Source: Camelus dromedarius
Lineage: Eukaryota
Assembly (NCBI RefSeq): GCF_036321535.1
Contig: NC_087436.1
Coordinates: 7,564,001-7,628,000 of the forward strand
Direction: 5' to 3'
Length of the DNA stretch: 64,000 nucleotides
Position 1 is the first letter of the stretch. The number at the start of each line of letters is the position of its first letter. Made by a program: the position numbers and the translations under genes. The notes under the pieces are model-generated. The model searched no databases and was not told the origin of the DNA. It worked only from the letters and a program-made list of their open reading frames with translations. Shown one piece after another: positions 38,430 through 49,938 of the stretch.

Positions 38430-39700
38430 ACGGCTATTTACTAAATGCCTTCCAAGAGTTAGAAGTGAACTTTTGCTCTGCAGAGTCAACAACCCCTGCC
38501 CTTGGTAAAATGATGTTCTGGTGGGTGATCAGAGAAAATAAATGAGTCCAATAAATTGCATAGTATACTAGAGGAAACATGGGCAAAATGAGACAGTGGA
38601 GGAGACAGGGAGTGCTAATGGGATGTGTTGCAATTTTACACAGAGTTGTCAGGAAGACTTCCTGAAACAAAGACGTTTGAGTAAAGACTGTTTAAGAAGG
38701 AAGTATGGAAATATCCGGGGGAAGAGAATTCCAGGCAGAGGTTGGAGCAAGGGCGGGCAATTCTTAGAGTTGAGGGAGTGACTGGTGTGTGTGCAGAACA
38801 GCAATGAGGCCAGTGAGGTTTTGCAGAATGAACTGGGGGCTGGTAGTAGGAGATGTGGCCATATAGGTGGCTGGTGAGAGGGTTTTGGCATTTACTCTGA
38901 GTTCGGTGGAAAGCTATGGGGAGGTTTTAAGCTGAGTATGATATGGAATGAATTACATTTTAAGGTAATCACTCTGTCTGGTGTTTTGAGAACAGATACT
39001 GAAGAGGCACAGATGGAAGTAGGGAGACCAGTTTGGAGGCTGTTGCAATAATCCATGGGAGAGATGATGGTGGCTTTGACTAAGGCGGTAAGTAAGGATG
39101 CTGAGAAATGGTGAGTCTGGATATGTTTTGCATATAGAATCAAGATGATTGCTTTTCAATTGAAATTTTGATGCAGGAGACAGTACATCTCCAAGGATTT
39201 TGGCCTGAACACCAGAGAAGACTGACGTTGACAATAATTGAGATGTAAAAGACTGTAGTGATGGGAGAAATCAGGAGATTCATTTCAGATACATTGGGTT
39301 TGCAACATATGTTATCATCAGAATAAAAATGATGACTGGAGGACTGCAGATTCTAATCTGGAGTTAAGGAAAGGTCGTTTCTGGAGCTATAGATTTGGCA
39401 ATCATAAGCAGATAAATTTATTTCAAGTCAGGGAACTGGACCAGATCACCAAAGGAGTAGGTATAGACCGAATATAAAATAGAACTAAGGCTTAAATCTT
39501 GAAGCCCTGCAACAGAAAGAGACCAGGCAGATGAGGAGAAGCCAGAGGGTCTGGGAAGTAGTAGCCAGTGAGGCAGAGGCAAATCCACAAGAGTGATTCC
39601 AAGAAGCCAAGGAAAGAAAGCGTTTCAAGAAGGAGGGAGAAGTCAAGGAGAAGTTCTTTAAATGAGAGAGTTAATGGAATATTTCTAAGTGTTTGCATAA
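38430..39700 (-). mobile_element. L2a long 3' fragment
   Basis: ORF 38892-39143(-) contains ATIISPMDYCNSLQTGLP (L2 ORF2 'SRLDYCNSLL.GLP' motif); typical L2 antisense text throughout. Confidence 0.9.
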
Positions 39701-40279
39701 TCGCTGGTCTTCATTTTCCTTAGTGAAATGAGAAGCAAAGTTATCATCTTACAGTAAGTACAGGGAAGTCATGTTGGATGTTTGAGGATTGGAGACTTAG
39801 AAAGTAAACAAATTAGGAGAACGTGTGATCACCTAGAAGGATGTTGAGTCTAATACAAACTAATGTCACAGTCATGAGAGGATGTGAGTGTTGGACAGTT
39901 TTGAGAATCACTTCCAGATCTCCATGTTCTTTTTTCATTGTCTCTTTTCTTTTCTTTTCTTTTTTTAATCCTTCTTTTCCTGCCATCACAGAATCCGTGT
40001 GACATCTCAGTAGATCATCCCAGGCCAGCTTGACAGAGACAAGGGACATATCAGATTACTAAAGAACAGAATTTAAGTAATATTCTAAGTGACTCCATAC
40101 TCTGACAACTCTCCAAGTCTTAAAAAGAACTCAATTACCACTTCTGGGGACTTTCCCTTTTGTGTTTGGTGTTGCTGTATGACACACACATGCTTTATTT
40201 CTGATTCTTTGGGCAGGATGCCTGCTGTCTCTATCTCAGCTCAGACCCATGACATCTGCTCCATGTTGTGTATTTCACA

Positions 40280-40890
40280 TTCTGTTTTTAGACGATTTTT
40301 TTTATCCCCTTTGCCTGAACCTGACTTTGGGCCCTCATTATCCTTCATGTGGACTATAGTATTTTCTTCCTGAAAATGCTCACTGTTTCTCATTTCCACA
40401 TTCTGAAATTCAAGCCACATGCTATTTTAAAACAGAATGGATCATGCTTCTTTCTGCCTCAAAAATCATGCAATAGACTGGATTGCCATTATGATAAATT
40501 TTAAATTTAAATTATGGTAAATTTCATAACCCTGGCTAAACTTCCTGGTCTCTTTTACATACTTCCTTCCTGTATGCCCACTCATCACAAACCATTTGCT
40601 CTTTTCCAAATGTGCCATGCTCTTCCAGCCTTCCATCCATGTGGATGTGCTTTTTCCACTTAGGGAAGGACAGTCCAATAAATCTAACCAAGTATCTCTT
40701 TCAGGATGAAGTCTCCCTCCATTTTTTTTTTGTGTGCAGTTACCAGTTTGCTCATCTGTGTTTTTCCCTCCTCCCTAGAACATTAAGTTTCACCAGGGCA
40801 GCAGTTTTGGTTTACTGCAATAACCCTTATGTCTAGAATTGTTCTTGGCTAAATGTAGAAGCACAAAAACTACTGAATGAGTAAGGAACA
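40280..40890 (+). mobile_element. L2 3' fragment
   Basis: gccctcattatccttcatgtggacta...ccctagaacattaagtttcaccagggcagc...tgaatgagt. Confidence 0.7.
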
Positions 40891-40974
40891 CCTTGACTCA
40901 TATGGTACCATCTGGAACATATCAAACATGGAAAAATGGCTATTGTATGCTTCCCACTACGTTACTTCTCAACC

Positions 40975-41028
40975 AAAAAAGAAATTATATCTTTGATGAA
41001 AATAGATGCAAAAATTCTCAACAAAATC
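40975..41028 (+). mobile_element. Isolated ~55-bp L1 ORF2 RT snippet
   Basis: ttgatgaaaatagatgcaaaaattctcaacaaaatc = LMKIDAKILNKI (L1 RT ISLMNIDAKILNKIL). Confidence 0.75.
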
Positions 41029-41744
41029 TCCTATCACATCCTTTCCAACTCACCTGCAATTTTATTTTTGTGAATGCACTGCATCAAGCATGTAAAAGGA
41101 AAACATAACAAAAATAACAAAAAAGTTAATTATGCCATTTTGGATGGCATGCACAAGGAGGTAAGAGACACTGATTTCCCATCTCTGTGGTCTTACATCT
41201 TACATCCTTACATCTAGAGCATGGTCACCTAAAAAGCTCTGCCTCTTCTCTCTTAGGATGGTCATAGACAGCAACATGTGGTTGAAAGTTAAGTGCTTTT
41301 TGATGGCTGCGCAAATTTTATTGAACAGAAATTTCAGTCTTTGCTTTCTTTTCATGATTTATTTTAATTGGGAAGCAATAACTTTATTTGCTAATAAAGT
41401 ATTGTTTTTGCAGTGGAAGGGGCCAGAGAAGTATTTGTAAGGAATATTTTGCTGTACAAACCTAAAAATAATGAAATCAACCATTCATTGTTTCTGTGGA
41501 CCATCTTCCCAAAGCTGACAGCTTTATCAAGATTAAAGGTTCCTAGGTCTACATATAGAATGCCGCATTTTTAATTCTAAGCCTGTGCAAGATGTTAGAT
41601 TAGCCTGTCACAGTTACTTTTCATTTACTTTTAATACTTGTATTTCTTTACATTCTTACTTCAAGTAGTTGGGCTTACTGTCAGCTGACAAACTATAGTG
41701 ACTATGGTGTTAGCAAGAGTGGAAAAATTGTAATGATTTTTTTG

Positions 41745-42120
41745 TTTTTCATTAATAGACCTTATTTTTTAGAGTAGTTTCAAGTTTACAAAAATATTGA
41801 CTGAAAAGTACAGAGCATTTCCTTATATTTTCTCTCCTCTCCCAAAGTTTTTTTTTATTATGAAGATCTTGTATGAGTGTTTATTACAACTGACGAGCTG
41901 ATGTTGATACATTGTTATTAACTAAAGTTCGTAGTTTACACTAGGGTTCACTCTGTGTTGTATATTCTATGGGTTTTCACAAAATATATAATGACTTGTA
42001 TTCACCATTATAGTATCATGCAGAATATTTTCATTAGCCTAAAACTCCCTCCCTCTTCCCAAACCTCTGGTAACCACTGATCTTCTTACTGTCTTCATCG
42101 TGTTGCCTCTTTCAGAATGA
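41745..42120 (-). mobile_element. L1MC1/MC2 3' end
   Basis: aatagaccttatttttagagtagttt...aagtacagag...ttgatacattgttattaactaaagttc...ggtaaccactgatctt. Confidence 0.88.
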
Positions 42121-42810
42121 CTTTGATTTTTACCAAAGCATGTGATACACTTGCTTGAAAAATGGAGTAAGGTCTGTCTGGTTCATTACAAATATAGTTT
42201 TTTTTTATGACAATTAAAATCTGCTTATCCAAAATCAATTGTTTAAACTACTCTTTTCTGACCAGAATATTCAAAAATGACCTGTCTGTTACTGCTGTCT
42301 ACCAGATGTCACTCAGTAACTACTTGATATCTTACATTGTCAATTAAGATTTACACAATGCTATCTCAGCAAAATGGCTCAGTGTTAATAGAATACTACA
42401 TGCATGCCAACCTTATGGATATAATTTTGTAACTGATGAAAGTAAGAAATATTTTTAAAAATTGAATGTAGTACCTATATGTGTACATTTCACAACTATT
42501 TAGGATACCCTGGTCCCACAGATTTTAAATTTGATCTTAAATTTAATGCTCCTGGCTCCATCCACTTTTTGCCAGATTGCCAAGATTTTTTTTTTCTCTG
42601 CTCCCTCCCTTTCTTCTTTCTCCATCACTTCTTCTTTCCTTCCTCCTTCCTTCTGGTCTTCTTCCCTTTGTTCACTCTTCAGAATGTTTATTAGTACATC
42701 TCTGCGTCCTAATTTCTTTCCCTGCCTCCTCCTTTTCCTACTTGCTATCGTTTTAACAGGCACTTATTTAGCAGCCGTGACTACCAAATAAGCTATGTGA
42801 GCGTGGTGAT

Positions 42811-43170
42811 TACTGTGGGCTGAGTGTTTGTGTCCTCCTGAAATTTACACATTGAATTTCTAAGTCCCGTGTGACGGCATTAGGAGGAGGGGGGCTGGGG
42901 ACTTCGGGAGGTGCTTAGGTCATAAGAGCGGATCCCACACGAATGGGATTTGTGCCCTTATCAAAGAGACTCCACATCTCTCTGCCCACATGAGGGGACG
43001 AGAAAACAGCCTTCTGTGAACCAGGAAGTGGGGACCCATCAGACGCCTTGGACAACGCCTTAGCCTTGGACTTCGCAATTTCCCTAATTGTGTAAAATCA
43101 ATCAATGTTTATTGTTTAAGCCACCCCGTCTATGGTATTTTTTCTTACATCAACCTGAATGGACTAACAT
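42811..43170 (+). mobile_element. MLT1A-type MaLR 5' LTR
   Basis: tactgtgggctgagtgtttgtgtcc...ttgtttaagccaccccgtctatggtatttt...tggactaacata. Confidence 0.9.
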
Positions 43171-44420
43171 AGAAATTGATGCCAAGAAGTGGAGTGCTGT
43201 TACATCTAATATCTAAAAATGGAGAAATAGCTTTGGAACTGTGTATTGGGTAGAGGCTGAAGGCGTTTTTGAGGTGTGTGCTACAAAAAGCCTAAATGGC
43301 TGTGGATGGAATTTGAAAGATGGTTCCGGTGAGGGCTCACAAAGAAAAGAGAAAGCTCCCACGTTCGCAGAGAACACTTCGTCATCACAAAGAGAATGTT
43401 GATAGAAACAGAGGAAGTTGAGGCCATGCTGATGAGGGCTCACCTGGAAATGAGGAACATGTTACTGAGCAATGGGAAAAAAAAAGGGATCTTTGTGATA
43501 AACTGGCAAAGAGTTTGGCAAATTGTATTTGTGTCCCAGTGTTTTGTGGAAGACAGAACTCTCAAGTGACGGAAGCGGATATTCAGCCGAGGAGGCTTGT
43601 AAGCAGAGTGCTGATGGAGAGGCTTGGTTCTTCCCCACTGCTTATCATGAAATGTGAGAGGAGAGGAATAACTCCCAGGTCAAATGGCTAAGCTAAAAGG
43701 AATCAGAACTTAAAGATTTGGAAAATTCTCAGCCTCTCCATATAATAAAAAATGAAGAAGTGTGTTCAGGCTATGGCCACATGACCGTTTGATAAAGCCA
43801 TCTGTGTGGGCATGAATCAAGTACCTAGCAAGACATGCCAGCTGAAGTCAGGCATGTTCTTCAAGACAAGGGGAAAATGACTCTCCCAGGGTGATCTCTG
43901 GATCCTAAGGGCTGCCTCTCCCATCACAGGCATAGAAGGTAAGAGCCCAGAGGAGAGCAGTTTCAAAGGGTGAGGCCACATTTCTGGTTCAGCGAGGCCA
44001 AGACACCCTGCACAGTGCCCTGGGGTGAGCCCTGCCAAGTGCTGTGGTGTGGATCTGTGGTGATGAGGTTGCCAGGAGCTTGGGGACATAACCCCAGCTT
44101 GAGAGAGCCTTCTGTGTATAACTCTAGCCCAGGAGAGCCACGGAGGTGAAACCAGCACCCCAGTGGGTCCAGAGGACAGAGTATCAAGCCAGAGGCTCAT
44201 TCTCAAGTCTTAAGGCATAGTGTTGTTTGCCCTGTTAGGCTTTTGGCTTACTTGGGACCCAATATCCCTTTATTTTTTTCCTCTTTCTCCCTTTTGAAAT
44301 AGAAATGTCTGTCCTATGCCTGCCTGACCCCTGCATTATGGAAGCACATGACGTGTTGGTTTCACAGGCTCACAGTTGGAGAGGAATTTTGCTTCAGGAT
44401 GGATCATCTATGGAATTACC
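43171..44420 (+). mobile_element. MLT1A-int (MaLR internal sequence), 3' LTR not seen
   Basis: Begins gaaattgatgccaagaagtggagtgctgtt directly after the LTR; ctttggaactg...gggtagaggctgaagg and gaaatgaggaacatgttactg are typical MaLR-int text. Confidence 0.85.
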
Positions 44421-44429
44421 TTAGAGCTG

Positions 44430-45316
44430 CCCAAACAGATTAAGGCAGTGATGATCTTGAAAACCTCTCCCAGTTCTTCCCACTCCAGATACTCTCAACA
44501 ATTCCACCATCACGCTGCTCATTCAAGTCACCAACATCTCACCCTTGTTTCACAGAAATAGCCTCTAAACTCTATAAATACTCTTACCCCTCATTTGATT
44601 TTCTCTACATGTTGCAGCATCCTTTGAATAATACAGATAGGGCAGTGACACCTCCCATCACTTAAAACCTTTCAATGGTGCCCAGTTACAATTAGGAAAA
44701 ACCTCAACGTGGCAGACTCCCACCTACTCCGCCAGCCTCATCTGGCCCGATTTCTGTGTTCTTCAGCCCCACAGCCGTTCTCTCAGCTGATTAAGCCATG
44801 ATGCTCTCTTTCATTCGAGATCAGTCACATGGACTTCTGGGTTACTTATGACTTTGTGCACACTTAAGTGTACAAAGCTCTTCCCTTCCCTGTTTCTGAC
44901 TCCACTCCCCATCCAGGGAACACAGTACAGATTTTTCAAGTACTAATTCAATAGTCATTTTCAGGAAAAAAATACAGAATAAATGCCACTTTCTTGTTAT
45001 CGAATTTAATGATAGCTTGCTTTCATTTTGTATGCACATTTTTGTAACTACATATTTTTGTGTGATTATTTGTTTTTTTTCTACATTGAAGCATAAACTC
45101 CATGCAGACTGGACCTATATTGGTAGAGGTTTTTTTTTTTTTTTTAATTAAATTTTATTTATTCAGCTTTTGAGGGTTATATGGTTGTTTTCATTCTGGT
45201 TATTGTGAATAGGTAAAGTTTGAATTTGTGTTCAAAACCAAATTTCACAGAGGGCTTTTAATGAAGCAGGAAATATGTATTTGTTGAGTAAGTGAGGGAA
45301 TGAATGAATGAATGGC
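44430..45316 (+). mobile_element. L2 3' fragment, interrupted at ~45122-45221
   Basis: caccaacatctcacc...cacttaaaacctttcaatgg...taaactccatg...tatttgttgag...gaatgaatgaatgaat. Confidence 0.75.
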
Positions 45317-46626
45317 TATATCTCCATGATCCTGAGATGGGTATTATATTTTTTGTATCTAAGCTAATTCATTATTTCAGTTTTCTGCTAAGTAGTACAA
45401 TGTAATAGTGCTTATAATTAGTATTATTAAATTGTAGGAAGTGGATGGTAAGTAACAAATCAACTGGTTTTTTTTTTTTTTTTTTTTACTGGTAGGTGAA
45501 TACTAATGAATGTTAGTATTTTCTAGTCCATCAACTACTCTCATCTTAAAAATCTAGTTGTCTTTTACTGGTTATGGCTGGATTCCCCCTGACCTCCCCT
45601 CAATTTCAGAGATTCATAGTCAGTGCTTGGTCTAGTTTCTGAATGTCTTGGTTGGGCGATTAAGAATATCCTTTAAGTATTAATACTGTCCAAGTGAAAT
45701 CTTCTGAAACATGGGTGGAAATATGCTCCCGTTTTTAGACCAGACTCTTATAAATACATCTTTTTCGGCTGCATGGGTGTTTAATGGGCACTTCACCCAC
45801 CACTCCCTACTTTATGGGCTGCATGAGTCCTGCTTTTTTTCTAGTTTTCCATTTCTTTTTTTTTTTTTTTTAATGTGTTCTGGTAATTACACTGCAAACT
45901 CTACTCTAGATAAAGGAAATAGAATAAAACTCAGTTTAGTCCTGAAACTGAAAACTCTGTTTCTTTCTCCTGCCTCCACACCACTGAAAAGTCCCATGGG
46001 CTCTCCTCCCCTCCTGCGGATCAATACTTCTTGTCTTAGTTTAATGAACATGCCTGCATTGATCTCTCTCAGGTGGTGCTACTTTATGACAAGTTTCTTG
46101 GTTACAACTGGCTCTTAGTAAGTCAACGGAGCAACCTGCCATCCCTACACAAAGCAGACTGCAAAAATGGGAACTTTATTCATCCCAGGTTAATATGTGA
46201 TTTTTTTTCCCTTGGGAAAGGAACAAATAGATTTTTTTTTTTCCATTTAATTCTCTAACTTCATTCTTTGGTTACATTTCTGGAAGAATTATAAAAGCAG
46301 TTTAAGAATGGTCTGAGGAAACAGCAAGAAGAAATTGTGACTTTTTAAAAGCTTCTAAAACATTTTTCAAAAAAACCCCTGAAAGTTACAATAGTCATGT
46401 TGCTTATTTTTTTATTTGCTTTATATCTTGTTACCATAGTAGCAGATCATTGAATCATTTCTGTCCCCAGGAAGATACAGCAGATGTACCTGCCCTGGAA
46501 AAGTAACTCCTATTTCCAAAGACAGTGCTCCCATCTGAGTTGTCCTGTCCTGGTGGCAAGAAAGACATCAGGAATGTGAGTGGAGGCACAGTAAGCACAT
46601 GGCTGTTGCTCTTTTTAAAAAGCGTT

Positions 46627-48056
46627 TAAAATTTTTTCATTGCAGTATACTTGATTTACAATGTTGTGTTAGTTTCTGGTGTACAACATAGTGATTCAGT
46701 TTTTTATATATATATATATTCAGTTATATACATATATATGTATATATTCTTTTTCATTATAGGTTATTATAAGATATTGAATATAGTTCCCTGTGCTCTA
46801 CAGTAAGACCTTGCTTCCGTATTTTATATACAGTAGTGTGTTTCTGTTAATCCCAAACTCCTGATTTATCCCTCTCCCTGTCTTTCCTCTTTGGTAACCA
46901 TAAGTTTGTTTTCTATGTCTGTGAGTCTGTTTCTGTTTTGTAAACAAGTTCATGTGTATCATTTTTTTTTTAGATTCCACATATAAGTGATATATGATAT
47001 TTGTCTTTGTCTAATTTACTTCATTTAGTATGATAATCTTTAGGTCCATCCATGTTGCTGCAAACAGCATTATTTTATTTTTCACCCCTGAGTAGTATTC
47101 CATTGTATAAATATACCACAACTTCTTTATCTAGTCATCTGTTGATGTGCATTTAGGTTGTTTCTGTGTCTTGGCTATTGTAAATAGTGCTGCTATGAAC
47201 ATTGAGGTGCATGTATCTTTTCGAATTACAGTTCCTTCCAGATATATGCCCAGGAGTGGGATTGCTGCTGGATCATATTGTAATAGAAAAGAACAAATCT
47301 GACTCCATATTAGATCTGTTCCTTTAGCTTTAACCCTATACCCTGTTTACCAGACTTAATCTTGCTACCTCTGCACTGTTCATAAAAGAATGTTGCCTTT
47401 AGCCTGAAATATACAGGACAGCCTATTCTCAAGGCTCTGACTTTTAAGGATATTAATACTTTTGCACGTATATAAAGATAAACAGATTGCAGAATAAAAA
47501 ATAACATTTGTTTTGTTGGAGGTTTTAACGGGGCACCGTGACCTGACCCACGTGGACAGCTGAAGGAACAAAGAATTTCTACACCAAGGAGTTTGCAACA
47601 ACCAACTTCACCCCCTCCCCTTTTTTTTAGTATAAAAGTAGCCTGAATTCTCACTTGGGGAAGATGGTTCTCCAAGACATTATTTGGCCATCTTCTCAGT
47701 CTGCCAGCTTTCTGAATAAAGTCGCTATTCCTTGCCCCAACACTTCGTCTCCTGATTTATTGGCCTGTCGTGCAGTAAGCAGAACGAGTTTGGACTTGGT
47801 AACAATATCTTAAGTTTATTTTTAGTTTTTTAAGCAATCTCCATACTGTTTTCCATAACAGTTGCACCAAATCTCATTCCCACCAACAGTCTAGGAGGGT
47901 TCCCTTTTCTCCACACCCACTCTAACATTTAAAATTTGTGGCCATTTTAATGATGACCATTCTCATTGATGTGAGGTGATACCTCACTGTAGTTTGATTT
48001 GCATTTCTCTAATAATTTGTGATGTTGAGCATCTTTTCAAGTGCATATTGGCCACC
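46627..48056 (-). mobile_element. Cetartiodactyl/camelid L1 3' part, split by an LTR at 47279-47804
   Basis: 3' UTR as in 13223-13820; ORF2 3' text gctggatcatat|...|cttaagtttatttttagttttttaagcaatctccatactgttttccata is continuous across the LTR. Confidence 0.95.
47279..47804 (+). mobile_element. ERV1 solo LTR, MER41-like (cetartiodactyl type)
   Basis: TG...CA termini, perfect TSD ATAT (47275-47278 / 47805-47808), TATAAAA 47631-47637, AATAAA 47715-47720; the family name rests on the 5' 'aacaaatctgactccatatt' and is less certain. Confidence 0.88.
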
Positions 48057-48857
48057 ATGGACAAGTGCTCTTGATTCTCCATAGTGAAAGAGTTTTCACG
48101 AGTTCTCATGTTCTTGTGGCTTTTCTTTCTGCTGTCACACCGTGTGTGGTGATTAACAAAGCAACGATCTGCTCAGGAGACATTCCAGTTCAATTTGTTC
48201 TTGGGCCTCGTTTACCGGGTTCGCCTCTCTGTGCCTGATGAATCTCCCAACTGCGATTGCGATTCCAAGAAAAAATTTTCCTTTACTGTTTACTTAAGCT
48301 AATTGCTAACTCAGTTGTCTTTGTCTTTTTTTTTTTCCAATGGTTTCTTAGAGGTAAATCACTTTTTGTTGTTGTTTTCTCCTAAAAAATGAACACCAAG
48401 TAACTCCACTCTGAGATACTACCAAAGTGTAACACAGTCAGAACAGGGAGAAGGTGCACCTCTTTGGATTTGCAGCAAAAATGAGAATCAATTCTATGGT
48501 TCTGTTTAAATACTGATCCATACTGGAGAGACCCAAGATTTGACATTGACATTGAGTTCTCATTTTTTCCAGCAAACCCTTTGTGTCTCCTTTCAAAAAA
48601 TGCTCAGCACCCCACCATCTCTTCCTTCTCCCAGTACTGTTGCCATCTCTGCTTCTCTAGAAGAGTTCACAACATTCTCAGTCTGAATCCACCCTTGCCC
48701 ATGAAAAGACTAATTCTGGCACTGCAGCCAGCTGACCCTTTAAAACTGAAGATAGATCAGATCACCTTTCCTCAGGATAATCTATTGACTCCCCCACATT
48801 CCTCACAATAAAGTCAACATCTGTATAAGGGATAATGGATACATGCTTGGGGTAAAC

Positions 48858-49207
48858 TGTCTTAGATTGTACATGCTACTAAAATACGATAGATTAGGTC
48901 AACAAACAACAGAAATTTATTTCTCACCAATTGGGAGGTGGGACGTATGAGGTCAGGGTGTCCACGTGGTTGGGGGAGTGCCCTTTTCTGGGCTGAAGAT
49001 GCTGACTCTTCACTGGGTCCCCAGGTGGAGGATGGAGGGGGGGACCTCAGGGTCTCTTTTATATGAACCCTAATCTCATCCACGAGGGCTCTGTCTTCAT
49101 GACCTGATCACCTCCCACAGGCCCCACTTCATAACACCACCATCTGGGGCACTAGGTTTGCTCTATGTGAGTGTAGGGGGTGGGCACGGACATTCAGACG
49201 ATAGACA
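48858..49207 (-). mobile_element. MLT1A-type MaLR solo LTR
   Basis: tgtcttag...acaacagaaatttatttctcac...catgacctgatcacctcccacaggcccca...acattcagacgatagaca. Confidence 0.9.
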
Positions 49208-49383
49208 CGCTGCCCTCCATGCTCTTCCTTGAATACAGTCAGTGCCACTTCACATCAAATAAGCACTGACTGTTTCTTCTGGCTGGATGCTTTTCCACTA
49301 GCTAATCACAGGACTCAAGCCCTCCCTTCTGGCAAGTCTTTATTCAAAAGTCAGCTCATCCCTAAGGCCTTCCCTGATGAACC

Positions 49384-49938
49384 TGTTACCCCAAAGGGGG
49401 AAGGGAAAAGACGCCAATTCTTGTTTTACTCGAAAGAGAAGATTTCAGACAGGAGACGGAAGCGTTGTGTAGCGAAAGATTTTAAAGGTTTTATTAAGCA
49501 AAGGAAAAGTACACCTTCAAGAATGGGGGGGGGGGTGATCCAAGGGTGGATAGCAGTGGTCTTTGCCCCCTCCTCTTACACCCTCACTTAGAGGGGGGTC
49601 TCTTGATTGGTTGACAGCTCTTGCCCTGGGAATGCTCAGTCATGTTTGTCCCCTTTGTGCATGTTCTTACCCATGATGCACACAGAAAACCCATGATGGG
49701 GGCTAAACCACAATGTTAATTATATTACAATGAGCCTTGGGTCATGTCCGGTTAGGTCCTTGTCGCTACTGTGAAGTTACGGCTCTCCGGTTCTAACTGG
49801 TTTCTTGCTGGCACTTGTTTAGAGGAAGCGAGTTGGGCCCCCCTTAATGCTGGAGTTGGGCACAATGCCATCTTCCAGACCATCCTCTCTCTCCTCCACC
49901 TGTCTGCCTGGTGCCCCCACTTACCTAACTACCTAACA
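49384..49938 (-). mobile_element. ERV1-class solo LTR (555 bp), same family as 35139-35687, opposite orientation
   Basis: TG...CA termini, TSD aacc/aatc; AATAAA on the minus strand at 49490-49495; collinear homology to the first copy. Confidence 0.9.

Noticed and set aside
35139..49938. Full-length provirus bounded by the two homologous LTRs
   Set aside because: The LTRs are in opposite orientation, each has its own TSD, and no gag/pol/env lies between them.
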